IMG/VR virus record: IMGVR_UViG_3300009499_000123
Location: 1-59,656 of that record
Length of the DNA stretch: 59,656 bases
Source of the DNA: a virus
Lineage: Duplodnaviria > Caudoviricetes
Direction: 5' to 3' (one strand)
The notes beneath the pieces are model-generated. The model was not told the origin of the DNA. It did no database searches and saw only the letters and a list, made by a program, of their open reading frames with translations. This document shows, in pieces, positions 19,562 to 28,691 of the stretch (positions are counted from its first letter, which is position 1; each line of letters opens with the position of its first letter). The position numbers and the translations under genes are program-made.

Positions 19562-21260
19562 CTACGCCACCGTCGCTCGTCGCTACGCCGAAGCGGTGGT
19601 GGCCGGAGAAATCCTGGCCTGCCGCTGGGTGCAACAGGCCTGTCGCCGGCAGCTCGATGATCTGGCCCGGTACACGGGCAAGGCCAGCCCCTACCGCTTC
19701 AACCCGAAGTTGAAGGACAAGGAAGGCCGGACCTTTCAGCCCGCCGACAACCTGTGCGCCTTCATCGAGCGGCTGCCGCACGTCAAGGGGCCGCTGGCCG
19801 GTGAGCCGATCAGCCTGGAACCGTGGCAGGTGTTCATCCTCTCGACGGTGTTCGGCTGGGTGAAGTCCGACGGCAAGCGACGGTTCCGCCGTTCTTACAT
19901 CGAGGTGCCGCGCGGCAACGCCAAGTCCACGCTGTCCTCGGCGGTGGGCCTGTACATGCTGGCCGCCGATGGCGAGGGGGGCGCCGAGGTGTATTCACTG
20001 GCCACCACGCGTGACCAGGCGCGCATCGTGTTCGGCGACGCGCAGACCATGGCGCGGCGCAGTGCCGGCTTTCGCAGCCGCTTCGCGGTGAACGTCGGCG
20101 CGCACAACATGCATGTGCTGGCCAGCGGCTCCAAGTTCGAGGCGCTGTCGGCCGAGGGCTCGACGCTGGACGGCTTGAACATCCACTTCGGCTGCGTCGA
20201 TGAGCTGCACGCCCACAAGACGCGCACGGTCTATGACGTGGTCGAAACCGGCACCGGTAAACGCGACAACTCACTGCTCTGGGTGATCACCACCGCCGGC
20301 AGCAACCGCGCCGGCATCTGCTACGAGGTGCGCACCTTCGTCACCAAGCTGCTCGACGGGGTGATCCAGGACGACACCCAGTTCGGGATCATCTACGGGC
20401 TGGATGACGGCGACGCCTGGGATACCGAGCCGGCGCTGATCAAGGCCAATCCCAACTGGGGCATCTCGGTGCGCCCGGAGGTGCTGGGACCGCTGCAGGC
20501 CAAGGCCATGCAGTTGCCCAGCGCCATCAACAACTTCAAGACCAAGCACCTGAACGAGTGGGTCAACGCCGACACGGCGTGGATGGACATGCGGGCCTGG
20601 GACGCCTGCGGCGACTCCACGCTCGATCTCGACGCCTTCGAGGGCCAGCCCTGCTGGGTCGGGCTGGATCTGGCCAGCAAGACCGACATCGCGGCGCTGG
20701 TGCTGGTGTTCCAGCATCCCGACATCGCTGATGCCTACGCGGTGTTCGGCAAGTACTACCTGCCCGAGGACACGGTCCAGGCCGCCGGCAACAGCCAGTA
20801 CCCAGGCTGGATGCGTACCGGGCGGCTGACCGTGACGCCCGGCAATGTGATCGATTTCGGCTGGATCGAGGCCGACCTGACGGAGATGGCCTCGCGCTTT
20901 CAGATCCAGGCCGTGGCCTTCGACCCGTTCCAGGCCACGCAGCTCTCGACCCGCATGCTGGCTGAGGGCCTGCCCATGATCGAGGTGCGGCCGACGGTGC
21001 TCAATTTCAGCGAGCCGATGAAGACCCTGGAGGCGCTTGTGCTGCAGAGGAAGCTGGTGCACGACGGCGATCCGGTACTGGCCTGGATGGCCTCCAACGT
21101 GGTCGCGCATCTGGACGCCAAGGACAACATTTACCCGAGGAAGGAGCGCCCGGAGAACAAGATCGACGGCATCGTCGCTCTGATCATGGCGATCTCGCGT
21201 GCGATCAAACCGGGTGACGGCATCGTGATCGACAGCAGCTACGAGCTGATGGTGCTGTGA
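19551..21260 (+). CDS. Terminase large subunit
   Basis: LEPWQ, PRGNAKS Walker A, VDELHAH, ITTAG, GLDLA and KIDG. Confidence 0.95.
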   Translation: MSSNYATVARRYAEAVVAGEILACRWVQQACRRQLDDLARYTGKASPYRFNPKLKDKEGRTFQPADNLCAFIERLPHVKGPLAGEPISLEPWQVFILSTVFGWVKSDGKRRFRRSYIEVPRGNAKSTLSSAVGLYMLAADGEGGAEVYSLATTRDQARIVFGDAQTMARRSAGFRSRFAVNVGAHNMHVLASGSKFEALSAEGSTLDGLNIHFGCVDELHAHKTRTVYDVVETGTGKRDNSLLWVITTAGSNRAGICYEVRTFVTKLLDGVIQDDTQFGIIYGLDDGDAWDTEPALIKANPNWGISVRPEVLGPLQAKAMQLPSAINNFKTKHLNEWVNADTAWMDMRAWDACGDSTLDLDAFEGQPCWVGLDLASKTDIAALVLVFQHPDIADAYAVFGKYYLPEDTVQAAGNSQYPGWMRTGRLTVTPGNVIDFGWIEADLTEMASRFQIQAVAFDPFQATQLSTRMLAEGLPMIEVRPTVLNFSEPMKTLEALVLQRKLVHDGDPVLAWMASNVVAHLDAKDNIYPRKERPENKIDGIVALIMAISRAIKPGDGIVIDSSYELMVL

Positions 21261-22552
21261 TGGGCAAGGTCGCCGACTTCTTCCGACGTCTCGGGCCACG
21301 CTCGGACTCGGACGATCGCAGTCCGTGGGGATCGTTCTGGTTCGAGCCGGTCACCGTGCGCAGCATGAGCGGCGCGCGCATCTCGTCCGAGTCGGCGCTG
21401 CGGCTCTCCGCCGTCTATGCCTGCGTGCGCATCCTGGCCGAGAGCATGGCCTCGTTGCCGTTCATCCTCTATCGACCCGGCTCCAAGCGCGGCAAGGTGG
21501 AAGTGCGCGACCACTGGCTGTACCGCCTGTTCCATATCCGCCCGAACCGGTATCAAAACCCGTTCGAGTGGCGCGAGATGCTGATGGGCCACCTGGCGCT
21601 GCGCGGCAATGCGTTCTGTCGCATCGTCAGCAATGCCGCTGGCGAGATCACCGACCTGATCCCGATCCACCCGGACCGAGTCAGTCTGGTGCTCTCGAAT
21701 ACCCAGGCCGACGAGTACAGCTATCGCATCCTTGACCGCTTCGGCAACCAGACCATCCTGCCGCGCGGCGCGGTCTGGCATCTACGTGGACTGTCCTCTG
21801 ACGGCATGATCGGCCTGTCGCCGATCGAGATGGCGCGCGAGAGCTTTGGCCTGGCGTTAGCCGCCCAAGACTACGGCGCGCGCTTCTTCGCCAACGATGC
21901 CAAGCCCACCGGTGGCTGGATCGAATATCCGGGCACCTTCAAGGACAAGCCCGCCCGAGACAATTTCCGCGAGTCCTACCAGAACGCGCAGGGCGCGATG
22001 AATCGCGGCAAGGTGCTGGTGCTGGAAGCGGGCATGAAGTACCACGAGGTCGGCGTCACCAACAAGGAGGCGCAGTTCCTGGAGCTGCGCAAGTTCCAGG
22101 TCACCGATATCGCGCGCCTGTTCCGCGTGCCGCCGCACATGATTGCGGACCTGGACCGCGCGACCAACAACAACATCGAGCAGCAGTCGATCGAGTTCGT
22201 GCGCTACACCATGCGTCCCTGGGCCGAGCGCTGGGAGGCCAGCATCCGCGCCGACTTGATGCTCGACAACGAAGGGCTGGACTGCGAATTCGACTTCGCC
22301 GCTTTGATGCGCGGCGACGCCAACAGCCGGGCGACCTACTACTCCGCGATGGTCAGCATGGGCGCGCTCACGCGCAACGAAGTGCGCCTGGCCGAGAACT
22401 ATGCGCCGCTGCCAGGGCTCGACGAGCCGCTGGTGGCGCTCAACATGGGGGCGACCGGCACCAACCAGCAGCCGTTCCAGGCGCCGCCGCCCGATGACGA
22501 CAACGCGCAGCCGAACAAGATCAACGACCGAGAAGATGACGATGAAACGTGA
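21260..22552 (+). CDS. HK97-family portal protein
   Basis: AVYACVRILAE..ASLP, PN.YQ, GLSPI, IARLFRVPPHMI and TRNEVR. Confidence 0.95.
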   Translation: MGKVADFFRRLGPRSDSDDRSPWGSFWFEPVTVRSMSGARISSESALRLSAVYACVRILAESMASLPFILYRPGSKRGKVEVRDHWLYRLFHIRPNRYQNPFEWREMLMGHLALRGNAFCRIVSNAAGEITDLIPIHPDRVSLVLSNTQADEYSYRILDRFGNQTILPRGAVWHLRGLSSDGMIGLSPIEMARESFGLALAAQDYGARFFANDAKPTGGWIEYPGTFKDKPARDNFRESYQNAQGAMNRGKVLVLEAGMKYHEVGVTNKEAQFLELRKFQVTDIARLFRVPPHMIADLDRATNNNIEQQSIEFVRYTMRPWAERWEASIRADLMLDNEGLDCEFDFAALMRGDANSRATYYSAMVSMGALTRNEVRLAENYAPLPGLDEPLVALNMGATGTNQQPFQAPPPDDDNAQPNKINDREDDDET

Positions 22553-23465
22553 ACTGCTGCTGGCCGAGTTCCTGGCCACGCCGTGGGCCTTGATGCCGGA
22601 ACGACTGAATGCATTGACCGCCGTCTTCGGGCGGTGGGCCAGGAACGAGCCGGCCGGCGACGACATCCTGGCCCGCGTGATGGCCGACCGTGACGCACGC
22701 CAGCTCAAACGCCAGGCGGCGCAGACCGCCGGTGGCAATGGCATCGCGGTGCTGCCGCTGTATGGCGTGGTGACCCAGCGCGGCAACATGGTCGACGACG
22801 TCTCTGGCCCGGGCACCACCAGCACGCAGATGTTTGGTGCCGCCTTGCGCCAGGCGCTCGCTGACGACTCGGTCGGCCAGATCCTGATCGACATCGACAG
22901 TCCGGGCGGCAGCGTCTACGGCGTCGCCGAACTCGCGGACCAGATCCAGTCGGCGCGCGCGGCCAAACCGGTCGTGGCGATCGCCAACAGCCTCGCGGCC
23001 AGCGCCGCGTACTGGATCGGCTGTGCCGCCGCCGAGTTGTACGTCACGCCCGGTGGCGAGGTCGGCTCCATCGGCGTGTGGCAGGCGCATTTCGATTACT
23101 CGCAAGCGCTGGCCACCGATGGGGTGAAGCCCACCCTGATCTCGGCCGGCAAGTACAAGGTCGAAGGCAATCCTTACGAGCCGTTGGACGAGGAAGCGCG
23201 CGGCTTCATGCAATCGCGCGTGGACGATTACTACGGCGCGTTCACGAAAGCCGTCGCCAAGGGGCGCGGCCAGCCGATTGCCAGTGTGCGCGAGGGCATG
23301 GGCCAGGGCCGGGTGCTCGGCGCGGATGCCGCGCTCACGCAGAAGATGGTCGATGGCATCGCTACCTTCGATGAGGTCGTCACGATGATGCAAAAGCGCG
23401 GACGTGCTCAAGGTCGAGCCACGTCCCGCCTCACGCAAGCCAGGAACACGCTTGCCTTGATTTGA
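22542..23465 (+). CDS. S49-family prohead protease
   Basis: IDSPGG, AASAAYWI, VGSIGV and GKYK. Confidence 0.9.
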   Translation: MKRELLLAEFLATPWALMPERLNALTAVFGRWARNEPAGDDILARVMADRDARQLKRQAAQTAGGNGIAVLPLYGVVTQRGNMVDDVSGPGTTSTQMFGAALRQALADDSVGQILIDIDSPGGSVYGVAELADQIQSARAAKPVVAIANSLAASAAYWIGCAAAELYVTPGGEVGSIGVWQAHFDYSQALATDGVKPTLISAGKYKVEGNPYEPLDEEARGFMQSRVDDYYGAFTKAVAKGRGQPIASVREGMGQGRVLGADAALTQKMVDGIATFDEVVTMMQKRGRAQGRATSRLTQARNTLALI

Positions 23466-23473
23466 TTTTCTGC

Positions 23474-23576
23474 CTGCCCGGCGTCACTGGGCAGACCCAA
23501 CGAACAGCCGCTTGAGGGTGACCTCGGCGGCTTTTTTCATACCCGCTCCGGTGATGCTCACCCGCGCGGGTTTTTT
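23474..23576 (+). terminator. Three tandem hairpins, two with T-tracts, upstream of the capsid gene
   Basis: CTGCCC..GGGCAG; AGCCGC..GCGGCTTTTTT; ACCCGC..GCGGGTTTTTT. Confidence 0.55.
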
Positions 23577-23593
23577 CATTTGGAGAACCCGCA

Positions 23594-24979
23594 ATGAGCA
23601 AACACCTACGAGAGCTTCAGGCCAGGAAAGCGAATCTGGTCAAGGACGCCCGTGCCTTGACGGAAGGCGCCGCTGCCGAGAATCGCGATCTCACGGCCGA
23701 AGAGGCCAGCCGCTTCGACACCCTGCGCGCCCAGATCGAAACGGCCTCCGCCGCCATCGACCGGGAGATGACCCTGGTTGCGGAGGAGGCGCGCTCGGCC
23801 GGCGTCGCCGTGGCCTTGGCAACGGCTGGTGCCGTGCAGCCCAATCCGCCTGCCGCCAGCGCACCGGCAGGCGCGAGCATCATCACCGTCAGCGACAACC
23901 GCGAACTCGATCCCCGGCGCGGTTTTGCCAGCGTCGGCGACTTCCTGAAGTCGGTGCGACAGGCCGAGATCGCGCGCCGCGCGGGCGGCGTGGTCGACGA
24001 GCGGCTGCTGGTCGGCTCCGGGATCGGTGCCGTCGCCCCCGGCCTGGCGGCCAACGAATCGGCCGGCGTGGACGGCGGCTTTGCCGTGCCGCCTCAGTTC
24101 GCGCAGGAGATCTTCACGCTCTCGCTGGGTGAGGACGGCCTGCTGCCGATGACCGACAACGTCGAGATCTCCGGCAACAGCATGTCCTTCCCGAAGGACG
24201 AGACCACGCCCTGGGGATCGAACGGCGTGCGCGCCTACTGGCAGGGCGAGGCCTCCGTCGCCCAGGCCACCAAGCCGCAACTGGGCCTGACCACGCTGCG
24301 CTTGAAGAAACTCATGGCGCTGGTGCCCATCACCTCGGAACTGCTGGAGGACACCAACGCGCTCACCTCCTACCTGCCCAAGCAGATCGCCGAGCGTATC
24401 CGCTGGAAGACCAACGAGGCCATCCTGAACGGCCAGGGCGATGGCGTGCCGTTGGGCGCCTTCCAGTCCGGTGCGGTGATCACCGTGCCCAAGGACCAGG
24501 GCCAAGCGACCCAGACCTTGACCCTCACGAACCTGCTCAACATGCAGTCACGCTTCATGCCCGGCTCGGAGAACAAGGGCGTGTGGATCATCAACAAGTC
24601 GGTCCAGGCCGCCCTGTACGGCATCACCTGGAACGGCATGCCGGCCTTCATGCCGATCGGCTACCAGGTCAACCTCGGCGGCTCGCTCGCCCAGGTGCAG
24701 CGCAACACGCTGCTGGGCCTGCCAGTGATCTTCTCGCAGCACCCGGCGCCGTTCTCGAGCCAGGGCGACGTGCTGCTGGTGGACCTGCAGTACTACCACA
24801 CGATCACCAAGGCGGGCGGCCTGCAGACCGCCACCAGCATGCATCTGTATTTCGACGCCGACGCGGTGGCCTTCCGCACCACCTTCCGCATGGACGGGCA
24901 AAGCAAGATCGCGCAGGCCGTGTCGCCCGCCAAGGGCGCGGCCACGCTCTCGCCCTTCGTCCAGCTCGGTGCGCGCTGA
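23594..24979 (+). CDS. HK97-fold major capsid protein
   Basis: Coiled-coil N-terminal delta domain, DGGFAVP, W.GE, ITSELLED, LLGLPV; expected position. Confidence 0.92.
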   Translation: MSKHLRELQARKANLVKDARALTEGAAAENRDLTAEEASRFDTLRAQIETASAAIDREMTLVAEEARSAGVAVALATAGAVQPNPPAASAPAGASIITVSDNRELDPRRGFASVGDFLKSVRQAEIARRAGGVVDERLLVGSGIGAVAPGLAANESAGVDGGFAVPPQFAQEIFTLSLGEDGLLPMTDNVEISGNSMSFPKDETTPWGSNGVRAYWQGEASVAQATKPQLGLTTLRLKKLMALVPITSELLEDTNALTSYLPKQIAERIRWKTNEAILNGQGDGVPLGAFQSGAVITVPKDQGQATQTLTLTNLLNMQSRFMPGSENKGVWIINKSVQAALYGITWNGMPAFMPIGYQVNLGGSLAQVQRNTLLGLPVIFSQHPAPFSSQGDVLLVDLQYYHTITKAGGLQTATSMHLYFDADAVAFRTTFRMDGQSKIAQAVSPAKGAATLSPFVQLGAR

Positions 24980-25007
24980 TCTTTTCACTCACACAGAAGG
25001 ACATCCC

Positions 25008-25463
25008 ATGGGCTTCCCCAACACCAAAGGCTCGGAACAGTTCGCCATTCTTGGCCGCACCGGCCCCCTCAATGCCAATGCCGCGCAATCCGCCTGGGTC
25101 CCGGTCAGCAACGTCCATCGCTTGCTGGCGCTGATCGATACCGGCGCCAACGCGAACGGCGTGCTCAATGCGCAGCTGCTGCAGGCACTGGACGCCACCG
25201 GCACCGGCGCCAAGCCGATCACCGGCGTCAATGGCCAGGCCAAGGCACTCACCCCGATCGCAGCCGGCAATGCAATCAACGTGCAGGCCCTGATCGATTG
25301 CTCGGTCGACGAGCTCGACACCAACAACGGCTACGCCTTCGTGCAGTTGCAGATCACGCTGTCGAACGCCGGCCTGATCGCGGGCCTGCTGCTGGGCATC
25401 AATGCGCGGTTTGAGCCGGCCAGCTCGCTCAACGCCGCATCCGTCGCCCAGATCACCGGCTGA
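25008..25463 (+). CDS. Putative head-associated structural protein
   Basis: GAAGGA RBS; beta-rich Ala/Asn composition directly after the capsid gene. Confidence 0.6.
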   Translation: MGFPNTKGSEQFAILGRTGPLNANAAQSAWVPVSNVHRLLALIDTGANANGVLNAQLLQALDATGTGAKPITGVNGQAKALTPIAAGNAINVQALIDCSVDELDTNNGYAFVQLQITLSNAGLIAGLLLGINARFEPASSLNAASVAQITG

Positions 25464-25532
25464 GCCACGACTGGTCGCGAACGGTCTTCCCATTCCTGAT
25501 TTTTTTCACCCCCCTCAACAAGGAGCTTTTCC

Positions 25533-26162
25533 ATGAACGTGATCCGCTATCTCATCGATTTCTTCCACATCAACGGCGCGGGCGTGCAGTCCGTCAAGTA
25601 CGCCAAGGGCCAGACCTATCCGGCTGACGACGAAACCCTGTCGCATGTGGAGGCCGGGCACGCCGAGATTGTGGTGATCGATGTCACCGCCACGACCAGC
25701 GACGCTGCGACTGCCGAGCCGGCCCAGCCCGACCCGACCCCGGTGTCGGATGCGACCCCGGACACCGCACCGGTCGCCCAAGCGGCAGACGTAGCACCGG
25801 CGACTACGGCGGCAGCGCCCGCCGCAGATCCCGCTCCGGCTGCGGATGCAAGCGCGTCCTCGGCGACTCCGGCGACCACCGCAACCGATCCTGTGCCGGC
25901 TCCCGCCGTCGTGGTGGCGGCAGCGCCTGTGACCAGTCCGTCGGCGACCGATACGCCTGGCGATCCGTCTCTGACGGCGGCCCAGCCTGCCGACGCCACC
26001 GGGACCCAGGCAAGCGCGGCGGCAGCCTCCGCTGACTCGGCGGCGCCGGCAGCACAGGCGACGACCGCTACGCCGCCTGACGCGCCCGCCGCTTCGACGA
26101 ACGAGCCGGCTGCTGCGGCGCCGTCGTCCGCGACCACGGCAACTGCCAGCACCCAAGGCTGA
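25533..26162 (+). CDS. Head-region protein: short folded N-terminus plus ~155-aa Ala/Pro/Thr/Ser/Asp low-complexity tail
   Basis: AAGGAG RBS; stop overlaps the next start; composition read directly. Confidence 0.75.
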   Translation: MNVIRYLIDFFHINGAGVQSVKYAKGQTYPADDETLSHVEAGHAEIVVIDVTATTSDAATAEPAQPDPTPVSDATPDTAPVAQAADVAPATTAAAPAADPAPAADASASSATPATTATDPVPAPAVVVAAAPVTSPSATDTPGDPSLTAAQPADATGTQASAAAASADSAAPAAQATTATPPDAPAASTNEPAAAAPSSATTATASTQG

Positions 26163-26803
26163 TGCCATTTCACCTGGTGACACCACCGGCCGTCGATGCC
26201 ACCACCGGCATCGCCGAGCCGGTGTCCCTGGCCGAGGTCAAGCAGCATCTGCGCGTCGACATCCCGGATGATGACGCGCTGATCCTGGCGTTGATCAGCA
26301 GTGCGCGGCAGATGGCCGAGACGCTGACCAACCGTCAGTTGCTCCCGGCCACCTGGAACCTGGTGCTCGATGCCTTCCCTGGGCCAAGCCTAATGGGCGT
26401 GCCGGCGGGTCTGTCGTACTCGATCCCCGGGCACGCCATCCTCATTCCGAAGGGGCCGGTGCAAACCGTGACTTCGATCGTCTACCAGGACATGAATTTC
26501 AATCTGGTGACGATGCCGCCCGAGGACTACGTGGTGACCTCCACCGACGATCTGACCCGCATCACGCCGATCTTCGGCCAGATCTGGCAGCCGACGTTGC
26601 CGCAAATCGGCGCGGTCGCCGTGCAGTTCGTGGCGGGCTATGGCGATTCGACGCAGGTGCCCGAGGGCATCAAGCACTGGATCAAGCTGCGCGTCGACAG
26701 CCTCTACAACCAGCGCGGCGAAGTGGCCTTCGCACGCGGGCGCATGGACAAGCTGCCCTATGTGGACGCGCTGCTCGACCCCTACCGGATCGCCATCCTA
26801 TGA
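26162..26803 (+). CDS. Head-tail connector (gp6-like)
   Basis: EPVSLAEVKQHLRVD..DDALI..AGYG..LY.QR..LLDPYR. Confidence 0.88.
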   Translation: MPFHLVTPPAVDATTGIAEPVSLAEVKQHLRVDIPDDDALILALISSARQMAETLTNRQLLPATWNLVLDAFPGPSLMGVPAGLSYSIPGHAILIPKGPVQTVTSIVYQDMNFNLVTMPPEDYVVTSTDDLTRITPIFGQIWQPTLPQIGAVAVQFVAGYGDSTQVPEGIKHWIKLRVDSLYNQRGEVAFARGRMDKLPYVDALLDPYRIAIL

Positions 26804-27183
26804 GCGAAGCGCTGATGCTCCCCGATACCGGGGAGCTCAACCGTCGCATCGTCATCCGGCGTTGGACCGACGTCCCCAATGCCAGCTTCAACGTCGATCA
26901 GACCTTCGATGCCGGCATCAACCGCTGGGCCAAGGTCGAGCCCATCCGGGGCATTGCCTCCCGCATGGGCGTGGCGACGGTGGAGGAAGCGACGCATTAC
27001 TTCTGGGTGCGCTACAGCGCCGAGACGACGGCTGACTATTTTTCGCAGGACCGCGTCATCGAGTACCGCGCCCGGCGCTATCGCATCCTCGACGCGCAGA
27101 ACTTCCAGGATGCCGACCGCTACATCCGGATCACCGCCAAGAATCTGGGTGCCATCGCTTCGCTCAACACGAGCGCACCGTGA
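26800..27183 (+). CDS. Head closure / head-tail adaptor
   Basis: GELNRRIVI..WAKVEP..RY..DRV.Y; synteny. Confidence 0.8.
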   Translation: MSEALMLPDTGELNRRIVIRRWTDVPNASFNVDQTFDAGINRWAKVEPIRGIASRMGVATVEEATHYFWVRYSAETTADYFSQDRVIEYRARRYRILDAQNFQDADRYIRITAKNLGAIASLNTSAP

Positions 27184-27191
27184 GATTCGCC

Positions 27192-27629
27192 ATGACTCAA
27201 CAAAGCAGTGACGGACAGGTGGCAGGCATCAGCCTGCACGTCGGTCTCGATTTCCACAGCACGATCGACTACGACCGCAAGGCCATGCGCCGTGCCTTGG
27301 TCAAGGGCGCGGCGGTCGTGCGCAAAGAGGCACGCACGCTGGTGTCCCGCCGCGTGGTGTCCCAGCCTGGCGAGTTCCCCGGTGAAGTGACGGGCGCGAT
27401 GCGCCGCGCCATCGGCGTGATCGGCAGAGGCTCCAAGGGCGGCTGGGTCAAGGTGGGTGTGCGCGCGATTCCCGGCAGCTTCTACTACCCGGCCGTGCTG
27501 TTCTACGGCAGCCCGGCGCGCCACATCGCCGCGCGCGGCAACTTCATGACGGCGGCGCTGGCGAATCGCGGCAGCGAGATCCGCGAGCAGGTGCGCGACG
27601 CGCTGCGCCACGCCTTGGTGCCCAGGTAA
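27192..27629 (+). CDS. HK97 gp10-like neck/tail-completion protein
   Basis: TGAMRRAI..FY..L.YGS..ARGNFM; synteny. Confidence 0.75.
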   Translation: MTQQSSDGQVAGISLHVGLDFHSTIDYDRKAMRRALVKGAAVVRKEARTLVSRRVVSQPGEFPGEVTGAMRRAIGVIGRGSKGGWVKVGVRAIPGSFYYPAVLFYGSPARHIAARGNFMTAALANRGSEIREQVRDALRHALVPR

Positions 27630-28312
27630 TGCAACTCGAACTCGTCATCGCGCAACTGCGCGCACTGTGCCCGTCGTTCAGCGGCCGGGTGGCCGGTGCC
27701 GCCGAATTCAAGCCGGTGCAGGAAGCGGCAGCGTTGCCGGTGCCGTGCGCCTTCGTCATCCCGCTCGACGACCGTCCCGAGCCACCCAAGGCGCTCAACG
27801 CCGTGGGGCAGGAGATGACCGACAGCTTCGGCGTGATCATCGCGCTCGACAACCGTGCCGATGAGAAGGGCCAATCTGCCTTCGATGGCGTGCATGCCGT
27901 CCGCGCCGAAATCTGGCGGGCCTTGCTCGGCTGGGTGCCGGGGCCGGTGAACACCGTCAATCCGGCCACCGACTACAACGGCATCTTCTACGAGGGCGGC
28001 AGCCTGCTGGCGATGGACCGCGCGCGGCTCTGGTACCAGTTCGAGTTCGGCGCGCAGATGTGGATCGGTGCCAGCGATGGCTGGGAAGCCGGTGCATTGC
28101 GCACCTTGCCGGACTTTGGCACCGAGGATGCCCAAGGTCGATGGCTACCGGGCTCCGCCGCCAACGTGGAAGTCGATGTCGGCAGGCCGATCTTCGACGC
28201 CACGGCCGATTACCCGGCCAACCCGATCGCCGACTTTGCCCAGGCTACCGTGAGCGCGCCGCGCACGCACGGCCCAGACGGACGCATCGAGTTCGACATT
28301 TCAGTTCCCTGA
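27629..28312 (+). CDS. Tail terminator protein
   Basis: RVAGAAEF..P.AFVIP..EIWRALLGW.P; lies before the sheath gene. Confidence 0.7.
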   Translation: MQLELVIAQLRALCPSFSGRVAGAAEFKPVQEAAALPVPCAFVIPLDDRPEPPKALNAVGQEMTDSFGVIIALDNRADEKGQSAFDGVHAVRAEIWRALLGWVPGPVNTVNPATDYNGIFYEGGSLLAMDRARLWYQFEFGAQMWIGASDGWEAGALRTLPDFGTEDAQGRWLPGSAANVEVDVGRPIFDATADYPANPIADFAQATVSAPRTHGPDGRIEFDISVP

Positions 28313-28394
28313 CCTGGCTGCCCAGGCCACGACGGATTTTCATGACCGCCCGCCACGACTCGCGTCGTCGCGGGCTTTTTGCACTGGAGCACGC

Positions 28395-28691
28395 ATGTTT
28401 GCCATTCCCACACCGGGCCGATCGGTCCCCATCCCTGGAACCAGGACACTGTTGCCGGCCACCGGCCAGAACATCGGCCAGGACACCCAGTACTGGCAGC
28501 GCCGGCTGCATGAGGGCGATATCACGCTGAGCGAGGCGCCTCCCGCTGCGACCCCGGCGGCGACGGAAGCAGCAAAGGCCGCGTCAACGGCTGCATCGCC
28601 GGCCCCGGCATCCGCACCGGCGGCAAACAGCCCGCCCCCAGCCACCTCCGTAGCACCTGAACCGGCGGCTTCCGCAAGGAGTACGACATGA
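28395..28691 (+). CDS. DUF2635 (Mu gp38-like) protein with Ala/Pro/Ser/Thr extension
   Basis: P.PGR.VP.P..LPA.G..YWQRRL..GDI followed by a low-complexity tail. Confidence 0.75.
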   Translation: MFAIPTPGRSVPIPGTRTLLPATGQNIGQDTQYWQRRLHEGDITLSEAPPAATPAATEAAKAASTAASPAPASAPAANSPPPATSVAPEPAASARSTT

